DNA from: an uncultured delta proteobacterium
GTDB taxonomy: Bacteria > Myxococcota_A > Polyangia > Fen-1088
Direction of reading: 5' to 3'
Length of the DNA stretch: 64,000 nt
NCBI GenBank assembly: GCA_963767925.1
Contig: CAVYGB010000002.1
Span: 768,001-832,000, forward strand
Shown: piece after piece, positions 23,201 through 33,145 of the stretch
Position numbering within the stretch: the stretch's first letter is position 1
Layout of the letters: each line of letters starts with the position of its first letter
Program-made: the position numbers and the translations under genes
The notes under the pieces: generated by a model
Told to the model about the DNA's origin: nothing
Database searches by the model: none
The model's input: only the letters and a program-made list of their open reading frames with translations

Positions 23201-25078
23201 TCACTCGATGGTGGGGGGGCGGGCGGTGTTGACGATGGCGAGGGCGGCGCCGGCCGGGTAGGCGTAGGAGACGTAGGTGGTGCCTGCGACCTGGCGGTTG
23301 CCCCAGCCCCAGACGGTGAGGGCGAAGGGGGCGGTGCTGGCGATGCGGTGGCGGCCGTTGCTGCAGCCGGGGATCACGGACTGGAAGCGGCCCCTCACCA
23401 GGTCGACGCGGGTGTACTGGTAGCGGCCCAGGGCGGTCCAGCCGGTCAGCGGCGCGCCGGCGCAGGCGAGGGTGACGTCGGCGAGCTGGCCGTCGGGGCC
23501 GGGCTTGCGCACCACCACCAGGCTGGTCTCGGGGTAGGTCGGGTCGGTGAGGAAGGTGTAGGCGTCGAGGTACTGCTCGGTGGGGACGACGTTGACCCAC
23601 TCGGGATCGCCGGCGCCCTTCTCCTCGGCGGTCTGATCGGCGGTCACGAAGTCGGCGCCGGCCATGAAGGCGGCCAGATAGAACGGATGGTCGGCGTCCT
23701 GGCTGCGCACGACGAAGGGATCGGCGGTCCAGAAGACCTCCGTCTGGCCGGCGGCCAGCGCGGTGGGCGCGGGGGCGGGGAACTTCGCCAGCGGCGCGGG
23801 CGGGCGCGGCTCGTAGCTGAGGACGGTGCCGTCGACGGCGCCGATGATCTGCCAGGGGACCGCCTCCTCGCGGGTGCTGACCCGGCTGCGGTGGGGGACG
23901 GCGGCGTATTCGCGGCCCCAGGCGGAGAAGGCGGGGATCTGCTGGTGGCCGCTGTCGCAGGCCTGGGTGGCGACGTCCATGTCGAAGCAGGCGGTGCCGC
24001 CGATCAGGGCGACCGGCTTGCTCGAGTAGACGAGGCTGCCCGACAGGCCGCCGCCCGCGGTCGGCGAGGGCACGTCCTCTTGCACCACCTGGAGGAACTG
24101 GCCCGCGGAGAGCTGGACGCGCAGGACCTGGCCGGGGCTGGTGGCGGCGAGCCCCTGTCCGCCGACAACGGTCAGCGAGGGCCGCAGCATCACCTCGGTG
24201 TCGTCCTGGCCGGCCACCACCAGCAAGTAGGTCGGCGCGTTGGAGCCGTCGCGGCCGGTTCGCGGGCCGTAAGGTGGGGTGGCGGCGACGTGGTCCTTGC
24301 CCCAGGCCTCCTGCGGCAGCAGCAAGCTGGCCGAGGTTACCGCGGAGTTGGCGCCGCCGTACGGGTTGATGTCGTAGGCCACCACCGGGCGATCGCTGGT
24401 GAGGTGGAAGGCCTGGCCGATCGCCGAGCTCCAGGTGGGGAGGATGTCGCTTCCGCCGCGGCCCACCTCGGCCGTCTCGGCCAGCGCGGGCTCGACGCCG
24501 AAGGGGCACGAGGTGCGCTGCAGACCGACCGGCAGGGGCGGCGGCGCGGGGACGCCGGGCAACATCGGAGGTGGCGTCGCCGCCGGCGGGGCGCTGGCCG
24601 GTTGCCCCGACAGGAAGAGCACGGCGACGTCCCCGGGCGCCAGCCCCTCCGCCTCGTCGAACGGCCCGTAGGTCAGGCCGGCGCCCTGGCCGCGCGGCAC
24701 CCGCGCCACGCGGCCGAGCGGAAGGTCGCCGCCCGCGCGGGTCAGCCGCAGCTTGGCCGGACGGGTGCCCGGGTTCACAACCAGCAGCGCGTAGCAGGTG
24801 CCGGGGTAGATCGGCATCTGCGCGGCGAAGAAGCTGCAGCCGCCGTTGCCCATCTGACCGCCCACCCGGTCGCAGACGATCTCGGGCGCGCTCGACGCCG
24901 CGGGACCATCCGCACCTGCGGATGACCCGGCGCCCCCGTCGGGGAGCGTGAAGGTCGGCAGGGGCGGGTCGGCGGAGGCGCCGCCGTCCCCCGCTGGACC
25001 CCCGATGATGCGAAGGGGCGAGCAGCTCAGCGACAGGGCACTGCAAAACACCGACAGCAGCCCCGCGCGGCCAGTCAT
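23201..25078 (-). CDS. IgGFc-binding-domain protein, probable lipoprotein
   Basis: SASLLLPQEAWG, HQQIP..WGREY, GDPE..VVPTEQYL..Y.F.TDPTYP and SYAYPAG; N-terminal LSLSC. Confidence 0.85.
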   Translation of the reverse strand: MTGRAGLLSVFCSALSLSCSPLRIIGGPAGDGGASADPPLPTFTLPDGGAGSSAGADGPAASSAPEIVCDRVGGQMGNGGCSFFAAQMPIYPGTCYALLVVNPGTRPAKLRLTRAGGDLPLGRVARVPRGQGAGLTYGPFDEAEGLAPGDVAVLFLSGQPASAPPAATPPPMLPGVPAPPPLPVGLQRTSCPFGVEPALAETAEVGRGGSDILPTWSSAIGQAFHLTSDRPVVAYDINPYGGANSAVTSASLLLPQEAWGKDHVAATPPYGPRTGRDGSNAPTYLLVVAGQDDTEVMLRPSLTVVGGQGLAATSPGQVLRVQLSAGQFLQVVQEDVPSPTAGGGLSGSLVYSSKPVALIGGTACFDMDVATQACDSGHQQIPAFSAWGREYAAVPHRSRVSTREEAVPWQIIGAVDGTVLSYEPRPPAPLAKFPAPAPTALAAGQTEVFWTADPFVVRSQDADHPFYLAAFMAGADFVTADQTAEEKGAGDPEWVNVVPTEQYLDAYTFLTDPTYPETSLVVVRKPGPDGQLADVTLACAGAPLTGWTALGRYQYTRVDLVRGRFQSVIPGCSNGRHRIASTAPFALTVWGWGNRQVAGTTYVSYAYPAGAALAIVNTARPPTIE

Positions 25079-25423
25079 GCGGGCATCTTCCGCCAGAAGC
25101 CGCCGGGGTGGAAACCCAATCTGGTGACCATCGTTCTCCGCGCGGACGGACGCAAAACGGCGCCCACCCTGAGTCGAAAGGGAAAAGGAAACCCCGAGAA
25201 GATCCAGGCGGACGGGGGGCGAGACGCGTACTGGGGGCAAAAACGACGGAAGCAGGGTAGGCCCGTCGCGGTGGCCGCGGTCGTTCGCGCTGGTCACGTC
25301 GCGCTGGCCGAGTCTCCGCCACGGCGCCAGCCGGCAAAAGGTCCGCGCCGGCCCGTGATCGCCCCGCCTCTCGTGAAAGACACCGTCAGGTCTCGAGACG
25401 CCGCGCCCGGGGCGGGCGCCGGC

Positions 25424-25990
25424 TCACGTGAAGACGTCGTCGACGGGAACCTGCAACTCCGGAAATGCCGAGGAGACGATGACCTCTCCCCGCCGGAAGG
25501 GGGTCACGCGGGTGTACACCCCATCCACGATCTCGGAGTGAGCTTCGACGCGTTCGCGGGCCGTGTCGACGATCCAGTACTCAGAGATTCCGTGCTCGGC
25601 GTACAAGGCCCCCTTGTCCCGCCGATCGGCTGCGAGAGAGCTCTCGGCGATCTCGACGACGAGGAGAGCGCGAGTCGGGTGCTCTTCCTTGTACGAACCG
25701 GGCGGCACGGCGGCCAGGTCGGGCTCCGGCTCCGAGTCCTCCCCGAGGGCGAGCGGGAGCTGAACGCGAACGTCGGCCAGACCGGGGATGCCGAGGGCCG
25801 CCATCAGGAGCTTGGAGAGCTTCTGGACGGCGGCCGCATGGCGAGGTCCTTGCGGACTCATGCGGACGATAAGACCACGAAGCAGCTCGACTTTCTCGTT
25901 CGCCAGGCGGCCAGACTGGACGAGCTGGTCGTATTCGACTCGGTGCAACGGTCGAATCCGATCCGGCAGTCCCGCAAACGCCTTGGACAC
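25424..25990 (-). CDS. Uma2 family (PD-(D/E)XK-like) endonuclease
   Basis: KVELLRG..MSPQGPRH, SEPEPDLA, LLVVEIAESSL..DR..K..LYA and EYWIVD. Confidence 0.92.
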   Translation of the reverse strand: MSKAFAGLPDRIRPLHRVEYDQLVQSGRLANEKVELLRGLIVRMSPQGPRHAAAVQKLSKLLMAALGIPGLADVRVQLPLALGEDSEPEPDLAAVPPGSYKEEHPTRALLVVEIAESSLAADRRDKGALYAEHGISEYWIVDTARERVEAHSEIVDGVYTRVTPFRRGEVIVSSAFPELQVPVDDVFT

Positions 25991-26096
25991 GCGGAGAAGC
26001 GTAACACGCTCGCCCTCGTGGCGTGCCCGGGCGATGGCCTCCCCGTCTAGCCAGGCCCGAGCGCAGCGAGGGAACCCGACGATTTCGAAAACAGCC

Positions 26097-26249
26097 CTAG
26101 TGCACCGCTCGCGAAATAGCGCCGACGATCCTGCGCCCCCGCTTCGTTGCTCCTCCCCGGAATATGCCGGATATTCGTCGTCGTCGCGCCTCGCGGGGCC
26201 GCAGGCTTGTCGGCGGATCCTTGACGCTATTTCGAGAGCGGTGCACTAG
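26097..26249. mobile_element. 153-bp MITE-like element with 25-bp terminal inverted repeats
   Basis: CTAGTGCACCGCTCGCGAAATAGCG ... CGCTATTTCGAGAGCGGTGCACTAG (1 mismatch); lower-GC interior. Confidence 0.65.
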
Positions 26250-26701
26250 CGGGCTTCCTGGAGGCGGGGGGCGGCGGGAGTGAGGGTGTGGAGGGTTTCG
26301 AGGAGGGACGCGCGATCGGCGGGGCGGAAGCGGAAGAGGCTGTGGGAGATGCGCTGGCCGGATCGCAAGGTGATCGTCAGTCCCGGCCAGCCGGCGGTGG
26401 CGGTGGCGCCGGCGATCTCCTCGAGGCGGTAGGCGCGCCGGCGCGTGGGCTGACCCAGCAGCAGGAGGCTCTGACCGTCGAGGGAGATGGAGGGACGCGG
26501 GATCAGCAGCGCGACGAGGGCGGCACCCGTGGCCACCACCAGCCACAGGAGCAGCGCGCGGGGGAGGACCTCCCAGCCGCTTTCGGCTGCGCGGCGGACG
26601 ATGCGGGTCGCGCCGAGCGCGAACAGGAACAGGCTCGCTGTCCCCACGACCGTCAGCACGTGCCGGGCCATCGAAGCGCGCGCCTCGAACGACTTGCTCA
26701 T
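26246..26701 (-). CDS. Hypothetical membrane protein
   Basis: Two TM segments plus a small soluble domain; the stop codon lies inside the MITE terminus. Confidence 0.6.
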   Translation of the reverse strand: MSKSFEARASMARHVLTVVGTASLFLFALGATRIVRRAAESGWEVLPRALLLWLVVATGAALVALLIPRPSISLDGQSLLLLGQPTRRRAYRLEEIAGATATAGWPGLTITLRSGQRISHSLFRFRPADRASLLETLHTLTPAAPRLQEAR

Positions 26702-26964
26702 GCGACCCTTGTAACACACGCTCTCCGGCCCGCTCGACGGACTCCCGCGTCCTGCGTGCGCCGACGCACCGACGGCGCGGGTGGTGCCTCGTGGATGCGG
26801 GCTCGGCAGTCCTGAGTGTCGCAGTTGGTGACACCGCGAGGGCGGCGCGACGTTCAGTCGAGGACGGCGACGTCACATCGTCGGCGGTCTGCGCCGGGTG
26901 CGATCGGGAGGGTGGCTCCTCGTCGAGAATCTCGGCGGGTGTGGCATAGTCGCGCGGCTCGCTC

Positions 26965-28821
26965 GTGGAAACCGCTCCTTCACCCGAACCTGGCGCCCGG
27001 TTGGCGGCGGCCGCCCCGTATCCGGGGGCGCGAAGGTTCCGGGGGGTGCGGTGGGGGATCGTGGCGGTGGGGCTGTTGCTTGTGTTGCCGGCGCTGGGGG
27101 CGGGGTTCTTCGGGGACGACTACATGCAGATCGCCCAGATCGAGCGGTGGTCGCTGGTGCCGACCTCGCCGCTCGACCTGTACGTGTTCGTGCCGCGGGA
27201 GGCGGCGGCGGTGCAGGCGTTGCGGGACGGGGGGACGCTTCCCTGGTTCGCGGCGCCCGATCTGAAGATCGCCTTCCTGCGCCCGCTGAGCAGCGGGTTG
27301 ATGTGGCTGGATCATGCGCTGTTCGGGCGCTGGGCCCTGCCCTACCACGTGCACACGCTGCTCTGGTTCGCTGGCTTGCTGGCGGCAGCGGCGGCGCTGC
27401 TGCGGCGGCTGGTGCCCGGCACGCTGGCCGTGCTGGCGCTGGCCGTGTTCTGCCTCGACGAGTCGCACGTGATGGCGGCGGCCTGGGTGGCGGCCCGCAA
27501 CGCGACGGTCTCCTGTGCCTTCGTGTTCGCGGGCACCGTGGCCCATCTGCGCTGGCGGACCGAGGGCTGGCGGCCGGGCGCGCTGCTGGCGCCGCTGGCG
27601 CTGGCCCTGGGGCTGGCGGGCGGGGAGATGGGGCTGGCGGCGATGGCCTACCTCTTCGCCTGGGAGCTGCTGGAGCGCCGGCCCGGCTGGCGGCGGGCGC
27701 TGCTGCCGGCCCTCGGCCTGGGCCTCGCTTACGTCATCCTGCACCGGCTGACCGGGTCGGGGGCGCGGGCGGGGGGCGGCTACCTCGATCCCTTCGGCGA
27801 CCCGCTGGGCTTCCTGGCCGCCGTGCCGGAGCGGGTGCTGCTCCTGCTCGGCAATCTGCTCGTCGCCTCGCCGGTCGACCTGGCCCTGTTCGACCCCGGG
27901 ATCCGGCCGGCGCTGATCGCGGCTGGCGCGGGCGCCGCGCTGCTGGTGGGGCTCTGGCTGCGGGCGGCCCTGCGGCGTTTGCCCGCCGGAGAGGCGCGCG
28001 CGCTGCGGGTCGCGGCGCTCGGCGCCGGCGGGGCGCTGCTGGTCAGCGTGCCGGCGCTGGTGGGCGAGCGGGTGCTGCTGGCGGCCAGCCTCGGCGGGGC
28101 GGTTGTTATCGCGGCGCTGCTGCGGGATGCCTGGCGCTGCCTGCGCGCCTGGCGGATGGCGGCGCTGGCGGCGGCCGGGCTGCTGGCGCTGGGGATCCCC
28201 AACCTGGTGCTCGCCGGGCCGCTGCGGCTGGGCAAGGTGCTCTTCGCGCGCAAGATGTTCGGCGACTACCGGCGGCTGGCTGCCCAGGCCGAGATCGCGG
28301 CGCCGGTGCCGGCGCGGGTGGTGGTGGTTGCGCTGCCGGATCTGGTGGCCTTGCACCTGCCGGTCCTGCGGGTGATCGACCAGCAGGTACCGCCCGCGAC
28401 GCTGCGAAAGTTCCTGCACGACCGCAAGGTCGACGACCTGCCCCTGCCCGACCGGGTCGGCTACCTCGGCTCGAGCGTGCTGTCCCTCTCCGCGGCCCGG
28501 CACCGCCTGCGCCGGACCGGACCGGCGACCCTCGAGCTCTCCACCCCCGCGGGCACCTTGCTCGACGGCGCCTGGGCCCAGAGCCTGCGCGCGCCGTCCC
28601 TGCCCCTGGCGCGCGGGCAGGTGATCCCGCTTTCGTACCTCACCGCCACCGTGCTCGAAGATCGCGGGGGACGGCCCACCCGGGTCGAGTTTCGCTTCGA
28701 CCGCCCGGTCGACGACCCGTCGCTCGTGTTCCTGGCGCTGTCGAAAGGGGGCCTGCGCCGGCTGCCCCTGCCTCCGGTCGGCCGGGAGATCGACGTGCCC
28801 CAGGATCCGGTCCTGTTCTGA
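26965..28821 (+). CDS. Polytopic membrane protein, GT-C/PMT-like
   Basis: GFFGDDY after the first TM; FLRPLSS and PYHVH; many TM helices. Confidence 0.7.
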   Translation: METAPSPEPGARLAAAAPYPGARRFRGVRWGIVAVGLLLVLPALGAGFFGDDYMQIAQIERWSLVPTSPLDLYVFVPREAAAVQALRDGGTLPWFAAPDLKIAFLRPLSSGLMWLDHALFGRWALPYHVHTLLWFAGLLAAAAALLRRLVPGTLAVLALAVFCLDESHVMAAAWVAARNATVSCAFVFAGTVAHLRWRTEGWRPGALLAPLALALGLAGGEMGLAAMAYLFAWELLERRPGWRRALLPALGLGLAYVILHRLTGSGARAGGGYLDPFGDPLGFLAAVPERVLLLLGNLLVASPVDLALFDPGIRPALIAAGAGAALLVGLWLRAALRRLPAGEARALRVAALGAGGALLVSVPALVGERVLLAASLGGAVVIAALLRDAWRCLRAWRMAALAAAGLLALGIPNLVLAGPLRLGKVLFARKMFGDYRRLAAQAEIAAPVPARVVVVALPDLVALHLPVLRVIDQQVPPATLRKFLHDRKVDDLPLPDRVGYLGSSVLSLSAARHRLRRTGPATLELSTPAGTLLDGAWAQSLRAPSLPLARGQVIPLSYLTATVLEDRGGRPTRVEFRFDRPVDDPSLVFLALSKGGLRRLPLPPVGREIDVPQDPVLF

Positions 28822-28906
28822 CCGGGACCCTCCCGCTATCGGTTCGCGGAGCCAGGGCGCGCCGGTCGAGGTGGCGGTTTTCCGGCGGAGGGAGCAGGCT
28901 GGGGCC

Positions 28907-29638
28907 ATGTCCAGCTCCACCCGCGCTACCGATGGATCCGGGACCGTCTTGCTGGCCGGGGCCACCGGGCTGGTGGGCGGCCATTGCCTGAGCCTGGCCA
29001 GCGACGCCTACGATGCCGTCGTCGCGGTCACCCGACGGCCTCTCGCAACCCCCTCGCCGCGCGTGCGCGATCTGGTCACCGAGCTCGACCAGCTCCCCGG
29101 CCACCCGCCGGTGCCGGCGCGGGCGGGGCTGTGCGCGCTCGGGACCACCATGGCCCGGGCCGGCTCGCGGGAGGCCTTTCGCCGCGTCGACCACGACGGG
29201 GTGCTGGCCTTCGCCCGCTGGGCGCGGGCGGGCGGGGCCCGGACCTTCGTGCTGGTCAGCTCGGCCGGCGCCGCGCCGACCTCGCGCACCTTCTACCTGC
29301 AGGTCAAGGGTGAGACCGAGGCCGCCCTGCAGGCGATCGGCTTCCCCCGGCTCGTCATCTTGCGCCCGGGCCTGCTGCTCGGCGCGCGCGGCGAGCGGCG
29401 CCTCGGCGAGGCGATCGGGCAGGCCCTGTTCCGCCGGGCGAATTTCCTCCTGGTCGGTCCCCTGCGCGGCTACCGGGCCATCGCCGCCGAGACGGTCGCC
29501 GCCGCGATGCTGGCCGCCGCCAGCGCCGACCAGCCCGGCCGCTTCATCTGGCACAACCAGGAGATCGAGGCCGCCGCCCGCGCGCTCCCCCCGCCCTCGC
29601 AGCAGCCCGCGGTCAGCCAGCCCGGCGCCAGCGCCTGA
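28907..29638 (+). CDS. NAD(P)-binding oxidoreductase (YraR/TIP30-like)
   Basis: LAGATGLVG, CALGTT..AGSREAFRRVD, YLQVKG and RPGLLLG. Confidence 0.88.
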   Translation: MSSSTRATDGSGTVLLAGATGLVGGHCLSLASDAYDAVVAVTRRPLATPSPRVRDLVTELDQLPGHPPVPARAGLCALGTTMARAGSREAFRRVDHDGVLAFARWARAGGARTFVLVSSAGAAPTSRTFYLQVKGETEAALQAIGFPRLVILRPGLLLGARGERRLGEAIGQALFRRANFLLVGPLRGYRAIAAETVAAAMLAAASADQPGRFIWHNQEIEAAARALPPPSQQPAVSQPGASA

Positions 29639-29712
29639 CCGGACGCAGACCAGCGAGCGGCCGTTCGCTCGAGCGCAGCGGCGGGTGCGGGGCGCCCTAC
29701 AGGTGGCGACCG

Positions 29713-29756
29713 CCCCTCACCCTGCCCTCTCCCCACGGCGCACCGCGGGGAGAGGG
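29713..29756 (+). repeat. REP-type palindrome
   Basis: CCCCTCACCCTGCCCTCTCCCCACGGCGCACCGCGGGGAGAGGG between convergent genes. Confidence 0.8.
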
Positions 29757-30003
29757 TTGAGAAAGGCTGCGACCTGCTGACCGATTGGTGCCGGGCCACC
29801 GCCTGCTGCGCGGGCCCCTTCACAGGTGGCGGGTGGGCTCGGGGACCTGGGGCCAGGCGTCGTTGCGGCCGTCGCGGGTAATGGACCCTTCCGCGTGCGA
29901 GCGCGGCCGCCCCGCGGGGTCGACCCGGCTAAAACGGCAAACGCGGCTGCGCCGGGTGGGCGCAGCCGCGTTCTCTCGTGGCAGGTGGGGCCGGCGGTCG
30001 GTC

Positions 30004-31467
30004 TCACAGGCCGAGGGCGTGGAGATCCTGCTCGGCGCAGGGCAGGGTCGGCAGGCCGAACAGCCCGGCGCCGGCGGGCGCCTTGAGCACGGTGGCCGGC
30101 GTGCCGGCGGTGAAGGCGTGGATGGTCAGCTTGGGGGCGCGGCCCTGCCCCGACTCGTAGACCAGGTGATCGTCGTCGAGCCACTGGGTCTCGTACGAGG
30201 CGACCGCCGAGCCGACCTGCACCGACTGCTTGCGCCCGGCGTCCCACACGAACAGGGCGTTGCTGGCCGGGTGGCAGGCGTCGGCGCTGCCGGTGTAAAC
30301 GAACCGCTTGCGGCCCGGGGACCAGCCGAACGAGCCGGGGCGGATGGCCTCCCGGGCGCGCACCGGCTTGTCCCCGTCGACGCCGGCCAGGTGCAGGCCG
30401 TCCTCGCTCAGCGAGACGCCATCGGGGTCGGGGCGGTGGTGCTCGGCGCCGAGCGCGTCCACGCTGGTGGTGGCCACCGTGTCGGCGCACCCCTCCTCGA
30501 TCGGCACCAGCCCGGTGCGGGTGGCGTCGAGGGTGAAGGCCCGGGCCACGCCGGCGCCCGCCACCACCACGTTCCACACCGGCTCGCCCTGGGGCGAGAA
30601 GCACATGTCCAGCGCCGCCACGTCGGCGTCGACGGTCAGCGGGCCCACCGGCTCGAGGCTGTCGAGCCCGATCACGGTGACCTCGGGCCGCACGAAGGCG
30701 GCGCCCCCCTCGACCTTCTTGAGCGTCCGCGCCGACAGGACGATGAGCTGGCGGTAGTCGTAGTCGGGGTGGACCGCGACGACCTGCCCGTCGAGATCGC
30801 TCAGCGGGCGGATGCGCCCGCTGGTCGGATCGAAGTGGTAGACCTCCTGGTAGAGGTCGAGCTTGGCCTCGCCGGTCTCACCCGTCAGATCGGGCTCGGC
30901 GGGCAGGTGGGTGCGGGCCACGAAGGCCACTCCCTTGTTCAGCCCGCTGGTGTACGCCTTGCGCAGCTCGGCCCGGATGGCCTGCATCTGCGACCACTCG
31001 GGCGAGGCGCGCAGCGGGGCCATCTCCTTGCCCTTGTCGAGGCGGCGGGCGTAGCCCGCGTAGTCGCGGGCCAGCAGCTCGCGCCACAGGGCCGGCGCCG
31101 CCGCGAGATCGCCCTCCAGCACGGCCGCCCGCAGCTCGGCGAAGCGAGCGGCCGGCTTGTCGGGGTAGGCGGCGACGACGCTCTGGAAAGCCTCGCGGGC
31201 CACGCCGTACTGGCGAGCGCGCAGGGCCTTGTAGCCGTCGTCGACCGCCTTGATCCCGTCGGCGCTCATGCGCACGAAGGGGTCGGCCATGCCGATCGCC
31301 GGTGGCGCGGGCGGCACCGGGGCGGGGACGGGCGCCTCGACGGCGGGCGCCGGGGGGGCCTCGGGCGCGGGCGCCCGCGGGCTGGGTGGCGGGGTTGTCG
31401 ACTCGCAGGCGACGGCGCCGGCGAGCAAGCTGATGAGGAAGAAGCGGTTGATGAACGTGGTGGTCAT
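30004..31467 (-). CDS. Hypothetical lipoprotein (TPR-like helix region plus propeller-like C-terminus)
   Basis: Signal peptide ending AVAC, Pro-rich linker, and WSPG / FSPQG motifs. Confidence 0.7.
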   Translation of the reverse strand: MTTTFINRFFLISLLAGAVACESTTPPPSPRAPAPEAPPAPAVEAPVPAPVPPAPPAIGMADPFVRMSADGIKAVDDGYKALRARQYGVAREAFQSVVAAYPDKPAARFAELRAAVLEGDLAAAPALWRELLARDYAGYARRLDKGKEMAPLRASPEWSQMQAIRAELRKAYTSGLNKGVAFVARTHLPAEPDLTGETGEAKLDLYQEVYHFDPTSGRIRPLSDLDGQVVAVHPDYDYRQLIVLSARTLKKVEGGAAFVRPEVTVIGLDSLEPVGPLTVDADVAALDMCFSPQGEPVWNVVVAGAGVARAFTLDATRTGLVPIEEGCADTVATTSVDALGAEHHRPDPDGVSLSEDGLHLAGVDGDKPVRAREAIRPGSFGWSPGRKRFVYTGSADACHPASNALFVWDAGRKQSVQVGSAVASYETQWLDDDHLVYESGQGRAPKLTIHAFTAGTPATVLKAPAGAGLFGLPTLPCAEQDLHALGL

Positions 31468-31589
31468 GGCTGCGGAGTCCTTTCTCGGGCGTTGCGCCCG
31501 CGAACAGGCATTTGCAGCCGGCGTGCCGGCAGCCAACTCCGCGTGCTGCCGGGGCGATCCGCCGCCAGCGCCGCCCCGGGCGGGCGAAT

Positions 31590-32111
31590 CTACTTTTCGT
31601 TTATACGATTGGTAGACGACGGCCGGGCCCGCGACAGGTGAAAGGGACCCTCCAGGCGCAGGGCGATCGCCGCCGCCACCAGGAGGATCGCGTTGCGCCC
31701 GAAGGTCTTCCAGGTGACCGCGCCGCTGCCGGCGCCGAAGCAGGCGCAGTCGATGTCGAGGCCGCGCACGAGCGCCCAGACCACCGCTCCCGTGAACATC
31801 ACCAGCAGCAGCGCGATGGCGGCCGCGCCCGCCGCCCGCCAGGGGCGCGGCCCCAGCAGCAGCGCCAGCCCGGCGACGATCTCCGCCGCGGGCAGGGCGA
31901 TGGCCAGGTAAGGCGCCGCCTGGACGAAGAGCTGGTAGCTGGAGATCTCCTGGGCCAGCCCGGCCGGATCGCGCAGCTTGCTCGCCCCCGCGGCGATGAA
32001 CAGGACGCCCAGCCCCACCCGGGGCAACCAGGCCACCACCGCCCGGGCGGTCACCCGCCCCGCCCGCGCGCTCCCCGGTACGTTCTCCGATCCGCTGGCG
32101 GGCCCACTCAC
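31590..32111 (-). CDS. MauE/DoxX family membrane protein
   Basis: LFIAAGASKLRDP, GLDIDCACFG and RNAILL; GTGA overlap with the upstream gene. Confidence 0.88.
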   Translation of the reverse strand: MSGPASGSENVPGSARAGRVTARAVVAWLPRVGLGVLFIAAGASKLRDPAGLAQEISSYQLFVQAAPYLAIALPAAEIVAGLALLLGPRPWRAAGAAAIALLLVMFTGAVVWALVRGLDIDCACFGAGSGAVTWKTFGRNAILLVAAAIALRLEGPFHLSRARPSSTNRINEK

Positions 32112-32641
32112 GGGCGGTTCCTCGCCTGCTCGCCGCAGTCGGGGCAGGGACCCGAGGAGCAGGCCAGGCCGGCCTGGTCCCACCCGGCGAAGCCGCCCTG
32201 GATGACGACCAGGCGCCGGTCCGACCCGGGCAGCCGGCGGCGCAGCGACTCGGCCACCGGCGTGGCCTCCTCCGTGCTGTCGCCGTACAGGATGACGGTG
32301 CGGGCGGCCGCTACCCGGGCCAGCGTGTCGCTGGCGGTGTCCTGGCTGGCCGCGCAGGGCAGGTGGATCGCCTGCGCCACGTGCCCGCGGGCGAACCGCT
32401 CGGACGAGCGCACGTCGGCGATCAGCACGCCCGGGTCGCCGCAGAGCTGGACCGCCTGATCGGCCGGCAGCACCTGGATCCCGCTCGAGAGCGGCCCGGC
32501 GGTGCAGGTTGTCGCGGCCGCGAAGGTGGCGGGATGGATCCCGGCCGGCCGCAGCCCGTTGACCGCCACACCCAGCCCCCCGCCGACTGCCAGGAGCAGC
32601 CCGGTGCGCGCGAGCAGGGGAACCAGGCCGTTTCGCACCAA
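32108..32641 (-). CDS. Membrane-anchored rhodanese-like domain protein
   Basis: DVRSSERFARGHVAQAIHLP and IQGGFAGW; N-terminal TM; start is 32641 or 32638. Confidence 0.85.
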   Translation of the reverse strand: MVRNGLVPLLARTGLLLAVGGGLGVAVNGLRPAGIHPATFAAATTCTAGPLSSGIQVLPADQAVQLCGDPGVLIADVRSSERFARGHVAQAIHLPCAASQDTASDTLARVAAARTVILYGDSTEEATPVAESLRRRLPGSDRRLVVIQGGFAGWDQAGLACSSGPCPDCGEQARNRP

Positions 32642-32827
32642 GGGAGGTTAGCACGCAGGCCGGCGCCGGCCCGGCGCCCACCTGCCCCGGCGTCCCCCGA
32701 CATCCGGTGCGGCCCGGGCAGCGGATCGGGCCTGTTCCACGCGCGATTGGCCGCCCTCGGAGCCCGCCCCCCTGCACCCTCCAGCGGCGGCTGGTAAGAT
32801 GCCCCGGCACCTGCCAGCACGAGCACC

Positions 32828-33145
32828 ATGGCCGAGCCGCACCTCGAAAAACACGTCTTCATCTGCGTCAACCAGCGCGAGCCCGGCAACCCCAAGGGAG
32901 ACTGCGCCTCCAAGGGCGCCGAGGAGGTGCGCGAGGCCTTCAAGCGCCTCCTGCACAGCAAGGGGCTCAAGGGTCGCATCCGGGCCAACGCCGCCGGCTG
33001 CCTCGACCAGTGCGCCCGCGGCGTCACGGTCGTGGTTTACCCGGAGCAGGTCTGGTATGGCGGCGTGCGCGTCGAGGACGTGCCCGAGATCGTCGAGCAG
33101 CACCTGATCGGCGACGTGCCGGTCGACCGCCTGCGCATGAAATGA
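32828..33145 (+). CDS. Thioredoxin-like [2Fe-2S] ferredoxin
   Basis: HVFIC..C, GCLDQC and VVYPEQVWY. Confidence 0.92.
   Translation: MAEPHLEKHVFICVNQREPGNPKGDCASKGAEEVREAFKRLLHSKGLKGRIRANAAGCLDQCARGVTVVVYPEQVWYGGVRVEDVPEIVEQHLIGDVPVDRLRMK

Noticed and set aside
25424..25990. Uma2 gene as an anti-phage or restriction system
   Set aside because: Stand-alone gene with no methylase or defence partners; this family is commonly multicopy
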